Translations under genes and position numbers: made by a program
In this document: positions 28,838 through 47,139 of the stretch, piece by piece
How positions within the stretch are numbered: position 1 is the first letter of the stretch
Layout of the letters: the number at the start of each line of letters is the position of its first letter
From: the human T2T-CHM13v2.0 reference genome, Homo sapiens
DNA: 64,000 nt
Direction: 5' to 3' (one strand)
NCBI RefSeq assembly: GCF_009914755.1
Contig: NC_060933.1
The notes under the pieces: generated by a model
The model's database searches: none
Seen by the model: the letters and a program-made list of their open reading frames with translations, nothing else
Told to the model about the DNA's origin: nothing

Positions 28838-29620
28838 AGAATAACTAATATAGAGAAGTGCTTAAAGGAGCTGATGGAGCTGAAAACCAAGGCTCGAGAA
28901 CTACGGGAAGAATGCAGAAGCCTCAGGAGCTGATGCGATCAACTGGAAGAAAGGGTATCAGCAATGGCAGATGAAATGAATGAAATGAAGCGAGAAGGAA
29001 AGTTTAGAGAAAAAAGAATAAAAAGAAACGAGCAAAGCCTCCAAGAAATATGGGACTATGTGAAAAGACCAAATCTACGTCTGATTGGTATACCTGAAAG
29101 TGATGGGGAGAATGGAACCAAGTTGGAAAACACTCTGCAGGATATTATCCAGGAGAATTTCCCCAATCTAGCAAGGCAGGCCAACGTTCAGATTCAGGAA
29201 ATACAGAGAACGCCACAAAGATACTCCTCGAGAAGAGCAACTCCAAGACACATAATTGTCAGATCCACCAAAGTTGAAATGAAGGAAAAAATGTTAAGGG
29301 CAGCCAGAGAGAAAGGTCGGGTTACCCTCAAAGGGAAGCCCATCAGACTAACAGCGGATCTCTCGGCAGAAACCCTGCAAGCCAGAAGAGAGTGGGGGCC
29401 AATATTCAACATTCTTAAAGAAAGGAATTTTCAACCCAGAATTTCATATCCAGCCAAACTAAGCTTCATAAGTGAAGGAGAAATAAAATACTTTACAGAC
29501 AAGCAAATGATGAGAGATTTTGTCACCACCAGGCCTGCCTAAAAGAGCTTCTGAAGGAAGCACTAAACATGGAAAGGAACAACCAGTACCAACCGCTGCA
29601 AAATCATGCCAAAATGTAAT
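28838..29620 (+). pseudogene. L1 ORF1p remnant (from RITN onward), disrupted
   Basis: ORF1p peptides EKCLKELMELK and RPNLRLIG..; TGA at 28931-28933; frameshift near 29540; N-terminus inverted onto the minus strand. Confidence 0.92.
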
Positions 29621-29682
29621 GACCATCGAGACTAGGAAGAAACAGCATAAACTAACGAGCAAAATAACCAGCTAACATCATA

Positions 29683-33513
<3,831 letters not shown>

Positions 33514-34044
33514 ACAATGAGATCACATGGACACAGGAAGGGGAACATCACACTCTGGGGACTGTTGTGGGGTGGGGGGAGGGGGGAGGGATAGCATTGG
33601 GAGGTATACCTAATGCTAGATGATGTTAGTGGGTGCAGCACACCAGCATGTCACATGTATACGTATGTAACTAACCTGCGCAATGTGCACATGTACCCTA
33701 AAACTTAAAGTATAATAATAAAAAAATAAATAAATAAAAAAGAAATGTCCATTTATGTACTTATGGATAAAATGATGTAATATCTGTGATTTTACTTAAA
33801 ATTTTTTAGGAAAAAACGTGTGTGGGGGTGTGTATGTAAATGAAACGAAATTGGCAAAATATTGATAATTAATGCTGGGGCCTGGGCACATGGGGGACTC
33901 ATTATATTCTTCTATGTATGGATTAGTTTGGATATTTCCATAATAAAAAGGTTTTAAAGATTCAGGTAATTCCACTGCACAAAATTTTCTATTCAACTAA
34001 ACATTTCATGCTTTTCATAATCAATTTTAAAATACATAAAATTT

Positions 34045-34780
34045 TAGCTAAAATGAAGTTGGACCCTTATCTAACACCAAATACAAAAAGTAACTTAAAA
34101 TAGACCAAAGACCTAAATGTAAGAGCTAAAGTTAGAAAACTTTTAGAATAAGATGGAAAAAGCTTCACGACAATGAATTTGGCAATGATTTCTTATATAG
34201 AACATCAAAGGCACAGGCAACAGAAGAAAACACAGACAAACTGGACTTCATCAGAATTAAAAACTTTTGTGCATCAAGAACCACTGTCAGAATAAAAGGC
34301 AACCCAGAGAATGGAGAAAATATGTGTAAACTGCATACATTATAAGGAATTAATATCCAGACTATATAGAGAACTCCAAAAAGACAAATACCACAATTCA
34401 AAACTGGGCAAAGGATATATACGGACATTGCTCCAAAGATGATATACAAATGGCCAATAAGCACTCGAAAAGACGCTCAACTTCACTAGTCACTAGGGAA
34501 ATATAAATCAAAACCATAATGCAATACCACTTCACACCCATTAGAATGCTATTATCAAAACAAATAAAAAACAGAAATCAAGAAAACCAGAAAAACAAAT
34601 GTTGGGCAGGATGTGGAGAAACTGAAACCCTGTGCAATGCTGGTGGGAAGGTAAAATTGTGCATGTATTTAAATGCCACTGAAGTGTACACGTAAAAATA
34701 GAAAAACTGGCAAATTCTATATTCTGTATATTTTACCTCCACAAACACACGAAACCAATGGAGAAAAAGAAAATTAATCA
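34045..34780 (+). mobile_element. Old L1 (L1MB-like) ORF2 3' fragment
   Basis: AAAATAGACCAAAGACCTAAATGTAAGAGC; ATACCACTTCACACCCATTAGAATG. Confidence 0.75.
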
Positions 34781-35616
34781 AAATAGACAATTAAAAAGAA
34801 ATAAAACTAATAAGCAATTTAGATGATTGAGTTATAGCTACAATTGTTTTCAGGAAAAGAAAATGCTTTATTCAGAATCATTATCAACAGTGTTATGATT
34901 AGCAAGTCTTTCTTATAAATGTAATAGTTAATAATTTTAAATTAGTTTTATTTTGTATGTTCTATGCCACATTCACCAAGTACACTTAATATTAAACAAA
35001 ATTATTTAAATATAATATCTCATTAATGTTTTGCAAATGAAGAAGAAATTTCTGGCAGACAAGCTCCTCAAAATTTTCACACTCTGTCCAAGTAGGGAAA
35101 TGATACAATAACATTACTTATAATATTGTCAACTGAAAAAGAAATTACTTTGAACAGATGCCAGTATTTCTTCTCAATGAGATTTCAAAGAATAAGAAAG
35201 CTAAACGCAGTATTATCAAGAATTAAATGTGAGCATTCTGCCTACTTTCTGCAAGTGGCCTACATTCAACCTTTGGAGGTATGCTTATACGTTTAACGAC
35301 TAAAGTAACATAACATAATACTTAACAGTGCCACTCAGGGGTTTTAGCTGTGAAAAAGCAGTGGATCCTAAGAACAGTGGGCACTGAAGTTGCCTGTCTC
35401 TATGTCAGGTTACAGCTCAAGCTGTGTATATGCTGCAGACGCACAAGCTGAATTTAAGAGAATCCGTTCTAAAACATTACTTCCTATTTAGACACATGCT
35501 TAAAGTTATTTCCTTTTAAACCTTAGGCAGATGGTGAAATATTCCTGCTGTATTGTCTCACAATGCATAACAAAACTTTTCACGTATTTTCAGATAGTTG
35601 AGAATGTTTCCATATG

Positions 35617-35908
35617 TCTGGCATGCCTGTAATCCAGCACTTTGAGAGGTGGAAACAGGAGAATCACTTAAGCCCAGGAGTTCAAAATCAGCCTAGGCAA
35701 CAAAAGGAGACCCCCATCTCTACAAAAAAATTAAGAAATTAGCTGGGTATGGTGGTACAAGACTGTGGTCCCAGCTACTCGGGAGTTCGAGGTGAGAGGA
35801 TTGCTTGAGCCTACGAGGTCAAGGGTGCACTGAGCCATGATCATGTCACTGCACTCTAGCCTGAATAACAAAGCAACAGCCTGTCTCAATAAAAAGAAAA
35901 AAAAAAAA
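35617..35908 (+). mobile_element. AluJ
   Basis: Degenerate dimeric Alu with A tail. Confidence 0.88.
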
Positions 35909-37444
35909 CAAACCTGGCCCGATGCACCAGTGTCATGGCTGATAAGACACTACCAGGGCACCCTCATTCTAGCATCAAGGCTGTGTGACAGCTCACCTCA
36001 CCTTCTGACTAACCCAGTGCTTCTGTGCTAAGGGCCCCCTTAAACCTCTACCTTCATTATGTGCTTGGCACAAAGGAATGATATATCTTAGATTTGGAAA
36101 TGGAATTTTCTTCCCCAATCTTACTGTAGTCTAAGTACCCTTCACAGACCTTCTATTAACCCATAGCTTACTCAGCTTTAGTTCCTGGGTAAATCAAATC
36201 TGTGTTTTGCAAACTACGATGTTGTAAGTTCAGTTGCTTCTGAATCTAGCAGAGCTCAGTGAAAATCTTTGCTTACAGACATGCTCATTTTTATTAATGT
36301 CACACACGGTATTCTCCATGTGAAAGACAGAATTTCTTTCATCCTATTTACCAATCCCTTCAGATCCTTGTGAGGAACCAACAGAACAGCTTCAAAAAAT
36401 TAAAAGGGTTTTTTCTTTCCCTTCACAAATAGGCACATGCTTACTTATATGGCAAGTTTAGAAAATCCACAATGCAAAAGAAGGTGGAAGGACAAGGAGA
36501 AAAAGACGCAGAAGGACTTCCTCTTCCAGCCAAGATGGACTTGCCCTCCCACCATGACCAACGAGAAAACTGAAGCTGGATAGAATATTTGAGAAAACTG
36601 TTTTCAGGGATTGGAACACAGGCAGAACAGGACTGTGATATTTGAGAACAGGAAAACACAGGAGGCAAATCTCACACACACTTCTGTTTTCTGCCCAATG
36701 GCAGTTTCTCGACCACACAGAGAGAGGTAGAGACCTCCAAAAATGAGGCAATGTCACTGTCACGAAGCTGAGAGTCTTGCAGTGCTAACGTGTTTGGAGT
36801 TTATAGAATAAGGTACTGGAGAAGAGGGAACTACATACAGGTGAGGCCTCAAAAGAGAATGCAAAAGTTCTCTGCAGGTCTGGGGCCAAGGGCTGGGGGG
36901 AGTGCATACAGCAGGCAGGCTCCACAAGGCCTCTGCAGAGTGGCTGGCACTTCTGAGGGCTGACTGGAGATGCCAGAGAGCACACAAATTTGGGACATAG
37001 CAGAGTGGAGAGAACTCATCAAGTATACCTAGAACATGTGGCTGAGGCCCATGAGGATGAACCTTTCCTAGAGTAAGAGTCACTGTCTAAGTCTACAGGC
37101 AAAAACCTAATAAATAAGCACAAACTAACAAAGGCCCAGGCTTGACAGGAGCAAAAGGGTGGTCAAATAATATAACTAGGCATCAAGACATTTAACAGAA
37201 ATAAAGGTTAAAATGTTATGAAAATGAAAGACTGAATTTATAAGGAAGACTTAACAATCCTAAATGTGTACACATGACAGCTTCAAAATACTTTAAGCAA
37301 AAACTGCTCAAGTAGACAGATCTAGAATTACAGCTGGAGATTTTAACATAACTCTCAATACATTGTAGGATGAGTAAAAAATCAGTAAGGACACAGAAGA
37401 TGTGCATAGTCACAAGCTCCACCAGTTGATCTAACTGACATCTA

Positions 37445-37768
<324 letters not shown>

Positions 37769-38180
37769 CCCTGAACCAACATCTACAGAATACACATTCT
37801 TTTCAAGTGTACATGGAAATTCACTAAGAATGTATGTTCTCCAACTATACTATAAATGAATTAGAAATCAGCAACAATAACATACCTATAATATCTCTAT
37901 GTAGTAGAAATTAAAAAAAATACACTTTTAAATAACTCAAGTGTCCATGAAAAGAAAAATCACAAGGAAAACTAGATGATATTTTGAATGGAATGAAAAC
38001 GAAAGCAAAATGTGTTGACTATAACTAAAACTAACGTGGAATGAAGAGATCTAACTCTCTTCTTAAGAAGCAATAAAACAAGAGCAAAGTAAACTGAAAA
38101 TAAGTTAAAGGGAGGAAAAAAAAAGACTGAAAATAAATGAAATAAAAAATGAAAAAAAGAGAAAATAAGTAATACTGAAA

Positions 38181-38389
38181 CAGGCTTGTCCAACCTGAGG
38201 GCTGCATGTGGCCCAGGCCAGGTTTGAATGCAGCCCAACACAAATTTGTAAACTTTCTTGAAACATTATGAGATTTTTTTTCCTTTTTTTTGGCTCATCA
38301 GCTTATCGTTAATGTATCCTATGTGTGGCCCAAGACAATTCTTCTCCTTCCGTTGTGGCCCAGGGAAGCTAAAAGAGTGAATACCCCTG
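38181..38389. mobile_element. MER30 (hAT) DNA transposon fossil
   Basis: CAGGCTTGTCCAA...GAATACCCCTG termini; 8-bp TSD TACTGAAA/TACTAAAA. Confidence 0.82.
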
Positions 38390-40193
38390 TACTAAAAGAT
38401 CATTAATGATCTAAAATAAGTGATCTTATAAAGAATTGATAAATCTCCAGCTAGACTGACTGATCCAGGAAAAAATAGAAAAAACACAAATTACCAATAT
38501 GAAGAGACTGCAATACAGATTAGATTCTACAGACATTAGAAGGATATTAAAGGAATATTCTGAAAAATTTTATGCCAATAAATCCAACAACTTGGATGAA
38601 ATGAAATTTTCCTAAAAGACACAAATTACCAAAACTGACAACAGAAAAATCTGAAAATATCTCTTAAAAAATCTTAATTCTCCCACAAAAAACTAAAACC
38701 AAACCAAACAAAACCCTCTAGGTTCAGATGACTTCACTGGTAAATCCTATCAAACATGTAAAGAAGAAATCATACCTATCTTACACAGCTATTTCCAAAA
38801 ACAGGGAAGGAGACAGCACTTCCCATCTAATTTTATGACACCCAATATCACCTTGACACCAAAATCAAATAAAGACATTACAAGAAAAGGATACAAAAGT
38901 CCAATATCTCCATCAACACCAATATAGAAATCTTAAAAAAAAAAAAAAAAACCTAGAAATCAACTCTAGCAATATTCCAAAGGACAATGCACCACAACCA
39001 AGTGGGGTTTATCTCAGGGATGTAAAGTTAGTTTAAAAGTTGAAAATGAAACCAATGTAATTCACTGGCAGAATGAAGAAAGTTGTATAATCATCTCAAC
39101 AGATACAGAAGGAGACATTTGACAGCATTAAACATCGTTATGATAAAAACTGCCGAGAAACAAAGTTTAAAAGGAATGTCCTCATTTTGATAAAGGTTTT
39201 CTCTGTAGATCGTACAGACATCATACCATATGGTGGACTACTGAAACCTTTCTGCCTAAGCTTGGAAACAATGCAATTATGCCCATTCTCGTGACTTCTG
39301 TTCAACACTATGGAAGTCCTGGACAGTATAATAAACCAATAAAAAGCAAGACAAGACATTAAGATTCGAAAGAAAGAAGTAAAATGATAGTCACAGGAAA
39401 CATAATTGCAAATTTCTTAGTTTTCTATATAAACAAACCACTAGAAGTAATAAGTGAAACAGACTTATCAGACTATAAAGTCACTATACAAAAATCAATT
39501 GTATATCTACATACTGACAGCAAACAACTGGAAAGTCAAATTCAAAAGTTCTACTGACAGTAATGTAAAATTATAAAATACTTAAGAATAAATTTTTAAA
39601 CAGGCATGCAAGACTGCTACATTGAAAATTATGAAATATTGAGGCCCAATATTAAGATGTTGATTCTCCCCCAAATGATCTGGACTCAATACAATTCTCT
39701 GAGAAAATCCAACAGGCTTCACTGTAGAAATTAATAAACTAATAGTAAGTACAAAGTTGGAGGACACACACTACCTGATCTCAAGACTTCATGAAATTAT
39801 AGCAATCAAGAGAAATATACCAAAAGAAAAACAGACAATCGATAGAACAGAGTCCAGAAATAGACCAATACATAGAAAGTTAATTGACTTTTTATGAAGA
39901 TACGAAACTGGATTAATGGAAAAAGGAAACACCAGTGGTGCTGGCACAAATGGCTATCAAGATGTTAAAAAAAAAAAAAAGTAAATCTTGAAACCAAACT
40001 CACACCATGCCAAAAATTAATTTGAGATTAATGACAGATTTAATGTAAAAACTAAAACTATGATGCCTCTAAAAGACAATGTAGAATATCTTCCTGACTT
40101 TGGGGTAAGCAAAGATCTCTTAGATCAAAGAGATAAGGCAGTAACCATAAAAGAAAAAAAATAAACTAAGCTTTATAAAAATTAAAAGCTTCT

Positions 40194-40416
40194 GACCATC
40201 CTGGCTAACATGGTGAAACCCTGTCACTACTAAAAACACAAAAAATTAGCTGGGCGTGGTGGCAGGTGCCTGTAGTCCCAGCTACTTGGGAGGCTAAGGC
40301 AGGAGAATGGCGTGAACCTGGGAGGTGGACCTAGCAGTGAACGAAGATTGCGCCACTGCCCTCCAGTCTGGGTGACAGAGCAAGACTCCATCTCAAAAAA
40401 AAAAAAAAAAAAAAAA
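40194..40416 (+). mobile_element. 5'-truncated AluY
   Basis: GACCATCCTGGCTAAC and GGAGAATGGCGTGAACC diagnostics; AAAAGCT on both flanks. Confidence 0.88.
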
Positions 40417-41342
40417 GCTGTCCATCCAAAAACCACCATTAAGAAACTGAAAAGGTAAAACTCAGACTGGGAGAAAAGACTGATAACACCATCAACTCTT
40501 GGCAAGGATGTAACTGGAGAACTAATTCATTCTTGTTGGGAGGATAAAATAGCACAACCACTTTAGAAAATTTTTGACAGTTTCTTATATAGTTAAACAT
40601 TCAACTATCCTTTGACACAGCAATTCCACATCTACATATCTACCCTAGATATTTACCCTAATTTTAGAATTGTTGATTTGCCATTTCAAAAGCAATGATC
40701 TTCCAGAACATTAGCTTTACACCATTCCATATTTTATATATTTTTTAAGCTACCATAATTTATGAAGATTCAAAATGCAACTTGCCAAGTTTTAAAAAAG
40801 AAAAAAAAGTATGGAAACAGCTAAACGGAAAACAGGCTGGTTAAGTGTGTTTGGGTCAGTTTATTTCTAGTATCATTTACAGGCCACCCTGATATTGTAT
40901 TTAAAATTTTCATTCATTTCAGAGTTCACAAAATAATGATTTTTCCTGTGAAGATACTTCGTTTAAGAGACAACTGACTTCTACAACTAAAATGTACACA
41001 TGTTCAAAGAAAATAGCTTGTAAAATATATTTGGTTGAATAACATTTACATTAAGCCTTTAAAATTATGTATCAGAATCTCCGGCTATTAAGCAGTCTAA
41101 TGGTGCCTACTAAGTCAGAGAGTTGTAATTCTTCTCTCCTGTGCTCTGTTCTGATAATGAAGTAAAGGCATCAGTAGCATCTACTGTGCTAAAGAATAAA
41201 TGGAATTTACAACTGTAGGCAATATTTAATCACTTTAAGACAAATATGAATACATCATAAATTTCTAACTAGGAAAATATTTTCAATGAGATCTCAAGAA
41301 ATGTTAACTTTTTTCAGAATAAAGCACTGAAAACTGACTCAC

Positions 41343-41412
41343 CAACATATCAAGCTGGGTTTCTTCATCTTCTTCTCTTTTTCTCTTCTTATCTTTGCTC
41401 TTTTTCTTCTTA
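41343..41412 (-). pseudogene. FRG1: FRG1 pseudo-exon 2 (70 nt)
   Basis: cctgtag|TAAGAAGAAAAAGAGC...GATATGTTG|gtgagt; Lys-rich NLS region; 1-nt deletion relative to GAT ATT GTT G. Confidence 0.95.
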
Positions 41413-41789
41413 CTACAGGAAATAATTTATATAGATGAGTTTAAGTATATTGATTTGTGTGATAAAAAAATATCATAAGATTGAAACTTGGAAGTCTTTT
41501 AAGTTGTTTCATTTATAAATTATTGATTTAGGAAGACTTACATTGCTATGCCCTCTTAAATACAGTACTGAGAATTTGCTTCAGGCTTTGTACATATTAT
41601 GTTAAAGTTCAAAGCAGATTGTAGAGCCACACCGCCAGATTTTAAATCCCGATTCTGTCACTTCTTAGCTCTGCAATTTTTGGAAAAGGTACTGAATCTC
41701 TCTGTGAGTCAGTTTCCCCACTTAAAAAATTAGGATAACAACTTAACTCTTAAGGCTATTGTGAGGATTAAGAGGTAATATGTATCTTC

Positions 41790-42400
41790 ACACATTGCTG
41801 GTGGAAATGTAAAATGGTGCAGCATCTACAGGAAACAGTTTGGGGTTCCTCAAAAAGTTAAAGAGTTACCATATGACCCAGCAATTTTACTCCTAAGTAT
41901 GTATACCCAAGGGAAATGAAAACGTACACCCACAAAAATACTTACATAAGAATATTCACACTAGCATTAGTCACAATAGTCAAAAAGGGGAAACAATCTA
42001 AATGTTCATCAACTGATGAATGGATGAACAAAATATTACATCCATACAATGGACTACACTACGCAGCCATAAGAAGGAACAAGTGCTACAACAATGATGG
42101 ACCTCAAGAATGTTGTAAGTGAAAGAAGCCAGATACAAAAGGCCACATGTTACATGATTTCTTAGGAAATATTCAGAATAGGCAATTTCACATAGATAGC
42201 AGACTAGTGGTTGCCATGGACTAGGAGAGGGGGAAGATGGGATGTGACAGCTTTAATGGGTAGGAAGAGATTTCCTTTTGAGATGACAAAAATGCTGAGC
42301 AACTAGACAGTGGTGAACCTCTTGGATATATACTAAAAACCACTGACTGTACAAAAGGGTGAATTTTATAATTATGAATTACATCGCAATAAAAAAATAA
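41790..42400 (+). mobile_element. Old L1 (L1MB-like) 3' end, preceded by a MIR at ~41610-41790
   Basis: CATTGCTGGTGGAAATGTAAAATGGTGCAGC; GTGAAAGAAGCCAGATACAAAAGGCC. Confidence 0.78.
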
Positions 42401-43249
42401 AAACCCAAGAGGGATTTGAAAAAAGTTAATGTGCAAAATGCCTACAATTTCTTGGCGCATTGAAAGTGCTATATAAGCATTAATTATGATTATTACGATA
42501 ATCTTAAGATACTCTTGTCTGCATTTTCATCATAAAGTTTTCAGAAGATAACTCACCACTCCTCACAGGAAATTCACAGAGTAAAAATCTCACATTCATT
42601 CAGGATATACCTGCCATTTATTCTGGCATCTTCATGAGGCCAGACTCCTCGAGAGGGTTCTCAAGGGCAGTGGCTTCAGCTCACTCCTTGATACTTTCTT
42701 TCCATCTCGCCTAACAATATCAAAACTTCTGTTTATCACGGAGGCCAGGAGGAAAGCTCAATATTTGCATGTACAGTCAACCTCAGGCAAATCTGCCAGT
42801 TAAAAAAGAAGCGGGGATATGAATGCACAGGTATTTTTCTCCTAAAGAGCTAATAAATTACCACTACAACCTCCTCCTCACATTTGGCTCAATTTATTTA
42901 CTGCATGTATGTTCTCTCATTTAATCGTCACAGTCTTCTAAAGGTATAAAAAATGGTCTGAAAGTATAAATGTGTAAACGGAGGTTCAAAGATACTTGAT
43001 CTCTTAATGAGTAAATGGAAGTTCAGACATATTAACCAATTTGCCACAAATTACAAAATTAGTAAATGACAGAGTGCAGGTTCCAGCCCATATCCCTATC
43101 AAAGTCCATATACACCTCAACCACTGTGTGATTCATCCTGGTTTCACTCTACATATTAGCTTAGAAAAAAATTAATAATTTTTCCAGGAAGAGACAATGG
43201 AGAAAAGAATAATCCCTAATAAAGGAAGTTATTATAATGAACTACAAGA

Positions 43250-44400
43250 TCAGACTAACGCAGACCCACCAGGCAGAGGCCTGGAGAGATGCCTCAAGGG
43301 ACCCAAACTCGTGGGTACGGGGTCACGGGTCACCCGCCCGTCTATCCTGTTTCCAGGGTCGTCCGCGCAGGAGGCTGCCCCTCTCTGCACAGGCGCCAGG
43401 AAGGGCGGTCCGGCCTCCATCCAGCCCAGACAGGGTCAGAGCGAAGCCTGGGAGGCCACGAAGCCGGCTCTCCGCATCACGGCTTCCACCGGATTCGCGG
43501 GGGTGGAGTGCGTCCGAAAAGAACTGAGGAGGCTCCCGCCGGAGCTGCAGGACCCAGCTCTTCACCTCGGTTCCCTTGAGCACAAGCTTGGTAGACTTCA
43601 CATAAGAATACTAGGCCATGGCTCCGGGAGACTTCTGCGCGGAGAGGCTGAAGCCGGCTCAGGAAGAGTATGTGACCTGGAGCAGCACCAGGGCGGGGAG
43701 GAACAGAAGTGGAGGCGAAGTAAACACTCCCGGACAGCGTAGGTCTGTCCAGAACCCGCCTCCGTCTTCACCCAAACACTGAATGGCTGAGATTTCAACT
43801 TCCGGGTTTCTGCTGGGGAGCTATGGCGGCTGCAGAGGGCCGAAAGGTGTCCGCGCGCATCTGCTCCCTGGCGCCCTCTCGAGGAGCCCCTGAGGATTCG
43901 TGCCTCCCAGAGGTGGGGAAAGCCCGCCCGAGGCGCCGGTGCTGACGGTGGCGGGGCTGCCGGGCACGCTGTGGAACTGCCTCCCGCTAGAGCTGCGGGC
44001 TGGCGACGGTCCCGTGGGGGCGGGAAGCGGCTCAGGCTGCCCTCGCCGGCCTGCGGCGGCGCGTCTGGGAGCGCAGGCCACTCGTGCGTGGGTCACTCGG
44101 GGCTGTGCCTCGCGCGACTGTGTGTGCAGGAAACAAGGAGGAAATACCCTAAAATGGAATGAAGCGCCATGTTGAGGGCCGCGGATGTCGCGAGTGCTGT
44201 GGGAATGTGGGCTGAGGTGGAGAGTTATGGTGGAGGAAGCTAGTCCTGTCTGATGGAGGAAACAGGGCAGAGGCGTGGAGGGAGACGCACAGTGCTGGTG
44301 TGAGGAGCCGCGAGCAGGCCAGGCCTGTAAAGCAGCGTGATGGGAACCAGGATAGAGAAGGCAAGTCGGGGTCCTGTGGTCGCTGAAGAATTTGAATGAA
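43250..44400. promoter_or_regulatory. CpG island, FRG1-type TATA-less and probably bidirectional promoter
   Basis: Dense CpG and high GC against an AT-rich background; ETS/GABPA site ACTTCCGG at ~43797-43804; YY1-like ATGGCGGC at 43823-43830; NRF1-like CGCGCGCAT at ~43852-43860. Confidence 0.85.
43558..43810 (-). pseudogene. FRG1: FRG1 pseudo-exon 1 (5'UTR plus 62 coding nt)
   Basis: ATG at 43619-43617, then GCC TAG (stop at 43613-43611). The 5' end GAAACCCGGAAGT matches the FRG1 mRNA start as recalled. The donor reads AG|CTGGGT instead of GT. Confidence 0.93.
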
Positions 44401-47139
44401 ATCAGTAAACAGGTGAGAGGGATCCATCGCAAGAGCATGGGATGAAACGAGCAGTAGTCCACGGTGATTCCTCTGCAGCGGTGGGTATTATTAATCGCGT
44501 ATGTGACACCAAAACGTGGGTATTATTGATAGCTTATGTGACACCAAAACCACCCCATTTAAGCTGTGGCTCTTTCCCTAAAGTAGAAAACAGAGATCAG
44601 TTGGGTTCCAAGCATCCACGAAGATCTTATTAAATTCGTGATCCCTGGTGGCACCATGGAGTCAGGATTGGCTCATCTCAAACCTGACTCAGAAACAAAA
44701 CCATCTCAATGGGCAGAGATGAGCGTCCTTACCCGCTATCATAACGTATTTTCTGGTGTTTTCACAGTGCTGCGCTTCCTAATCCCCATTCTAGGGCAAT
44801 CCACATGCCATGATGCCCAGAGGCATTAACAAAGGAGACACACAGGGGCTCCTCACGTTGGCTTTCCATGGTTTTGATGAAAATCTGTTTCCTCATCTCA
44901 TACAATGTGGTCCGTAATAGTATCATTTAGGGTTGAAGAATTAAATGGTACAAATTATATAGGGTGCTTATGATAACCTACATGGAAAATGCCTAGGATA
45001 TGTTAGCTATGCTCATCACCAACATCGTTATATGATGGTAATAATCAGATAGTCAGGAAGGCTGACACCAAGAAAATGGATACATGCTCTGAGGGAATGA
45101 ATGTGGAGAGATCAGAAGGTCAAGAACAAAGCCTTACAACATGTCTGCAGTAAAGGGATAGAGAAAAGAAAGGCTATAAAAGAAGGAATGAAACAGAGTA
45201 AAATTATAAAATCAAAGCTAAGGAGAATTTCCAGAAAGGGTAATATCATTTAATATCATAGAAGTTTAGGAACACAAGATGGAAAAAAGGCCTCTGGGTA
45301 ACTGACATTGAGGCAGTCTTTAGGGAAGCTCCATTTCTGACAGAGTAGACACCAAGTCAGCTTGAAGCAGGGACAAGGTGAAGAAGCTGTTGGCTGGTCG
45401 CATGGGGAAATAAATAAGGGATGGCATATGCCATATTTCTGGATTTCTTTCTTTCTTGCCCAGCCTCTATATATGCATAGAGTTTGGTGAAAACTTACAA
45501 AAAATAAAAATGAAACCAATTTTGTTTGTTGACTCAAATACAATGCTTTGTGTTAGAATCAAGATAAATTCATGCCTCTCCCTTCTATTGTCACCGTCAG
45601 TTTTGAAATTAAACATCAGCTTTTCTTCTTCATTAAAATCATTTTCAACTCCTCCCAGGTGTTGGTGGTTTGGGGGAGTTACATAAGCAGTCAGGTCTTG
45701 ATGAGTAGAGGAGGAGGGAACAAACACTTTCAGCAAAGGCAGAATTCTGAAATTCTGCTCGTATTTTTCTCCAGTAACTTTCCTATGTTTGTGAGGTTAT
45801 TCAGTCATAATGATCCTAGTGAAATTTTTTTCAAGCTTGACTAATCGTAATCACTGTGGACGTTTGTTTAAAATGTGTATTCCCAGGCCTCTCTCCTGCT
45901 GATTCTGATTCAGGAGATCACGGATGGAACTCAGAATACATGTGTTTGACAAATACCACAAGTGGTTCTTATGGTCAGGGAAATTTGGGACTCTAACCAG
46001 AAATTTATGTTTTTATGACTGGCAGCTAGAAAAGATTCCTAGAGTCTTTGCTTTTTGAAAATAAAATATTTCTTTTTTAAAAGGAAAATTGTATGACTAG
46101 ATACAACATTTATATATGTGGCACATGTACTGTACTGTGTGCTTTTGTCATATTTACAGTTGAAGATGTGTAAGAACACTCTGAGAAAAATTATCTATTA
46201 AATGCAAAGAGGGGTAAGTCAGGGTGGGGGAGAAATGGGAAGGGTGTGCTTATTGTTGCTAAAAGGTAGAAAAGCCAGAATGATAGCATCTAAGGTTGCA
46301 AATAGCACATTGTAAGTTGAGGGAGCTTCATAATCATGTCTGAAACCTTCTTTGATATACTGAGTTGTAAACAGTGGCTTTGGACAAGATTTGAGGGAGA
46401 AACCAACTATGCTTTAAAGTGTTCATTTAAAAGGCTTTAATTAAAGGAAAGTCTTTATATTTACTTGAGCTAATTTAACTTCAGGACTTTAACAAATTAC
46501 TAGCCCTTAACCTCTTAAAAATTGTCTTTCATTTCAAATGAAAGTTTAAGGTGGCCTTTATGTTTGATTGGTATACTTATGCGAAGACTTAACAGCAAGG
46601 TACTGTACATTTCTAAATGTTTACTTCTTAATTTTGCTGGAAGAAATATACTACTCAATTGATTATTTTTAAAGCAAAGTAAAACAATTTATTTTGACAA
46701 GCGACACTGTATTTTCCCAGTTTTCTGGTGGCAAAGATTAGGCTTAACATCACTAATCATCAGAGAAATGCAAATCAAAACCAAAACGAGATACCATCCT
46801 ACACCAGTCAGAATAGCTACTATTAAAAAATCGAAAAACAGCAGATCTTGGGAGGCTGTGGAGAAAAGGGAACATTTACACATAATTGGTGCGAATGTAA
46901 ATTAGTTCAACCACTGTTGAAAGCAGTTTGGAAATTTCTCAGAGAATTTAAAATAGAAATTCCTTTCAAGCCAACAACTCCATTACTGGTATATGACCCA
47001 AAGAAAGTCAGTTATTCTACCAAAAAGAGATATGCACTTGCATGTTCATCGCAACACTATTCACAATAGCAAAGACATGGAGTCAGCCTAGGTGCCCATC
47101 AACAGTGGATTGGATCAATAAAATGTGGTACATCCACAC

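Noticed and set aside
43197-44462. Long ORFs (181, 213, 96 and 92 aa) around the CpG island
   Set aside because: GC-rich stop-poor DNA. Only the first ~12 aa of 43323..43601 are FRG1 exon 1; the rest is intron read-through.
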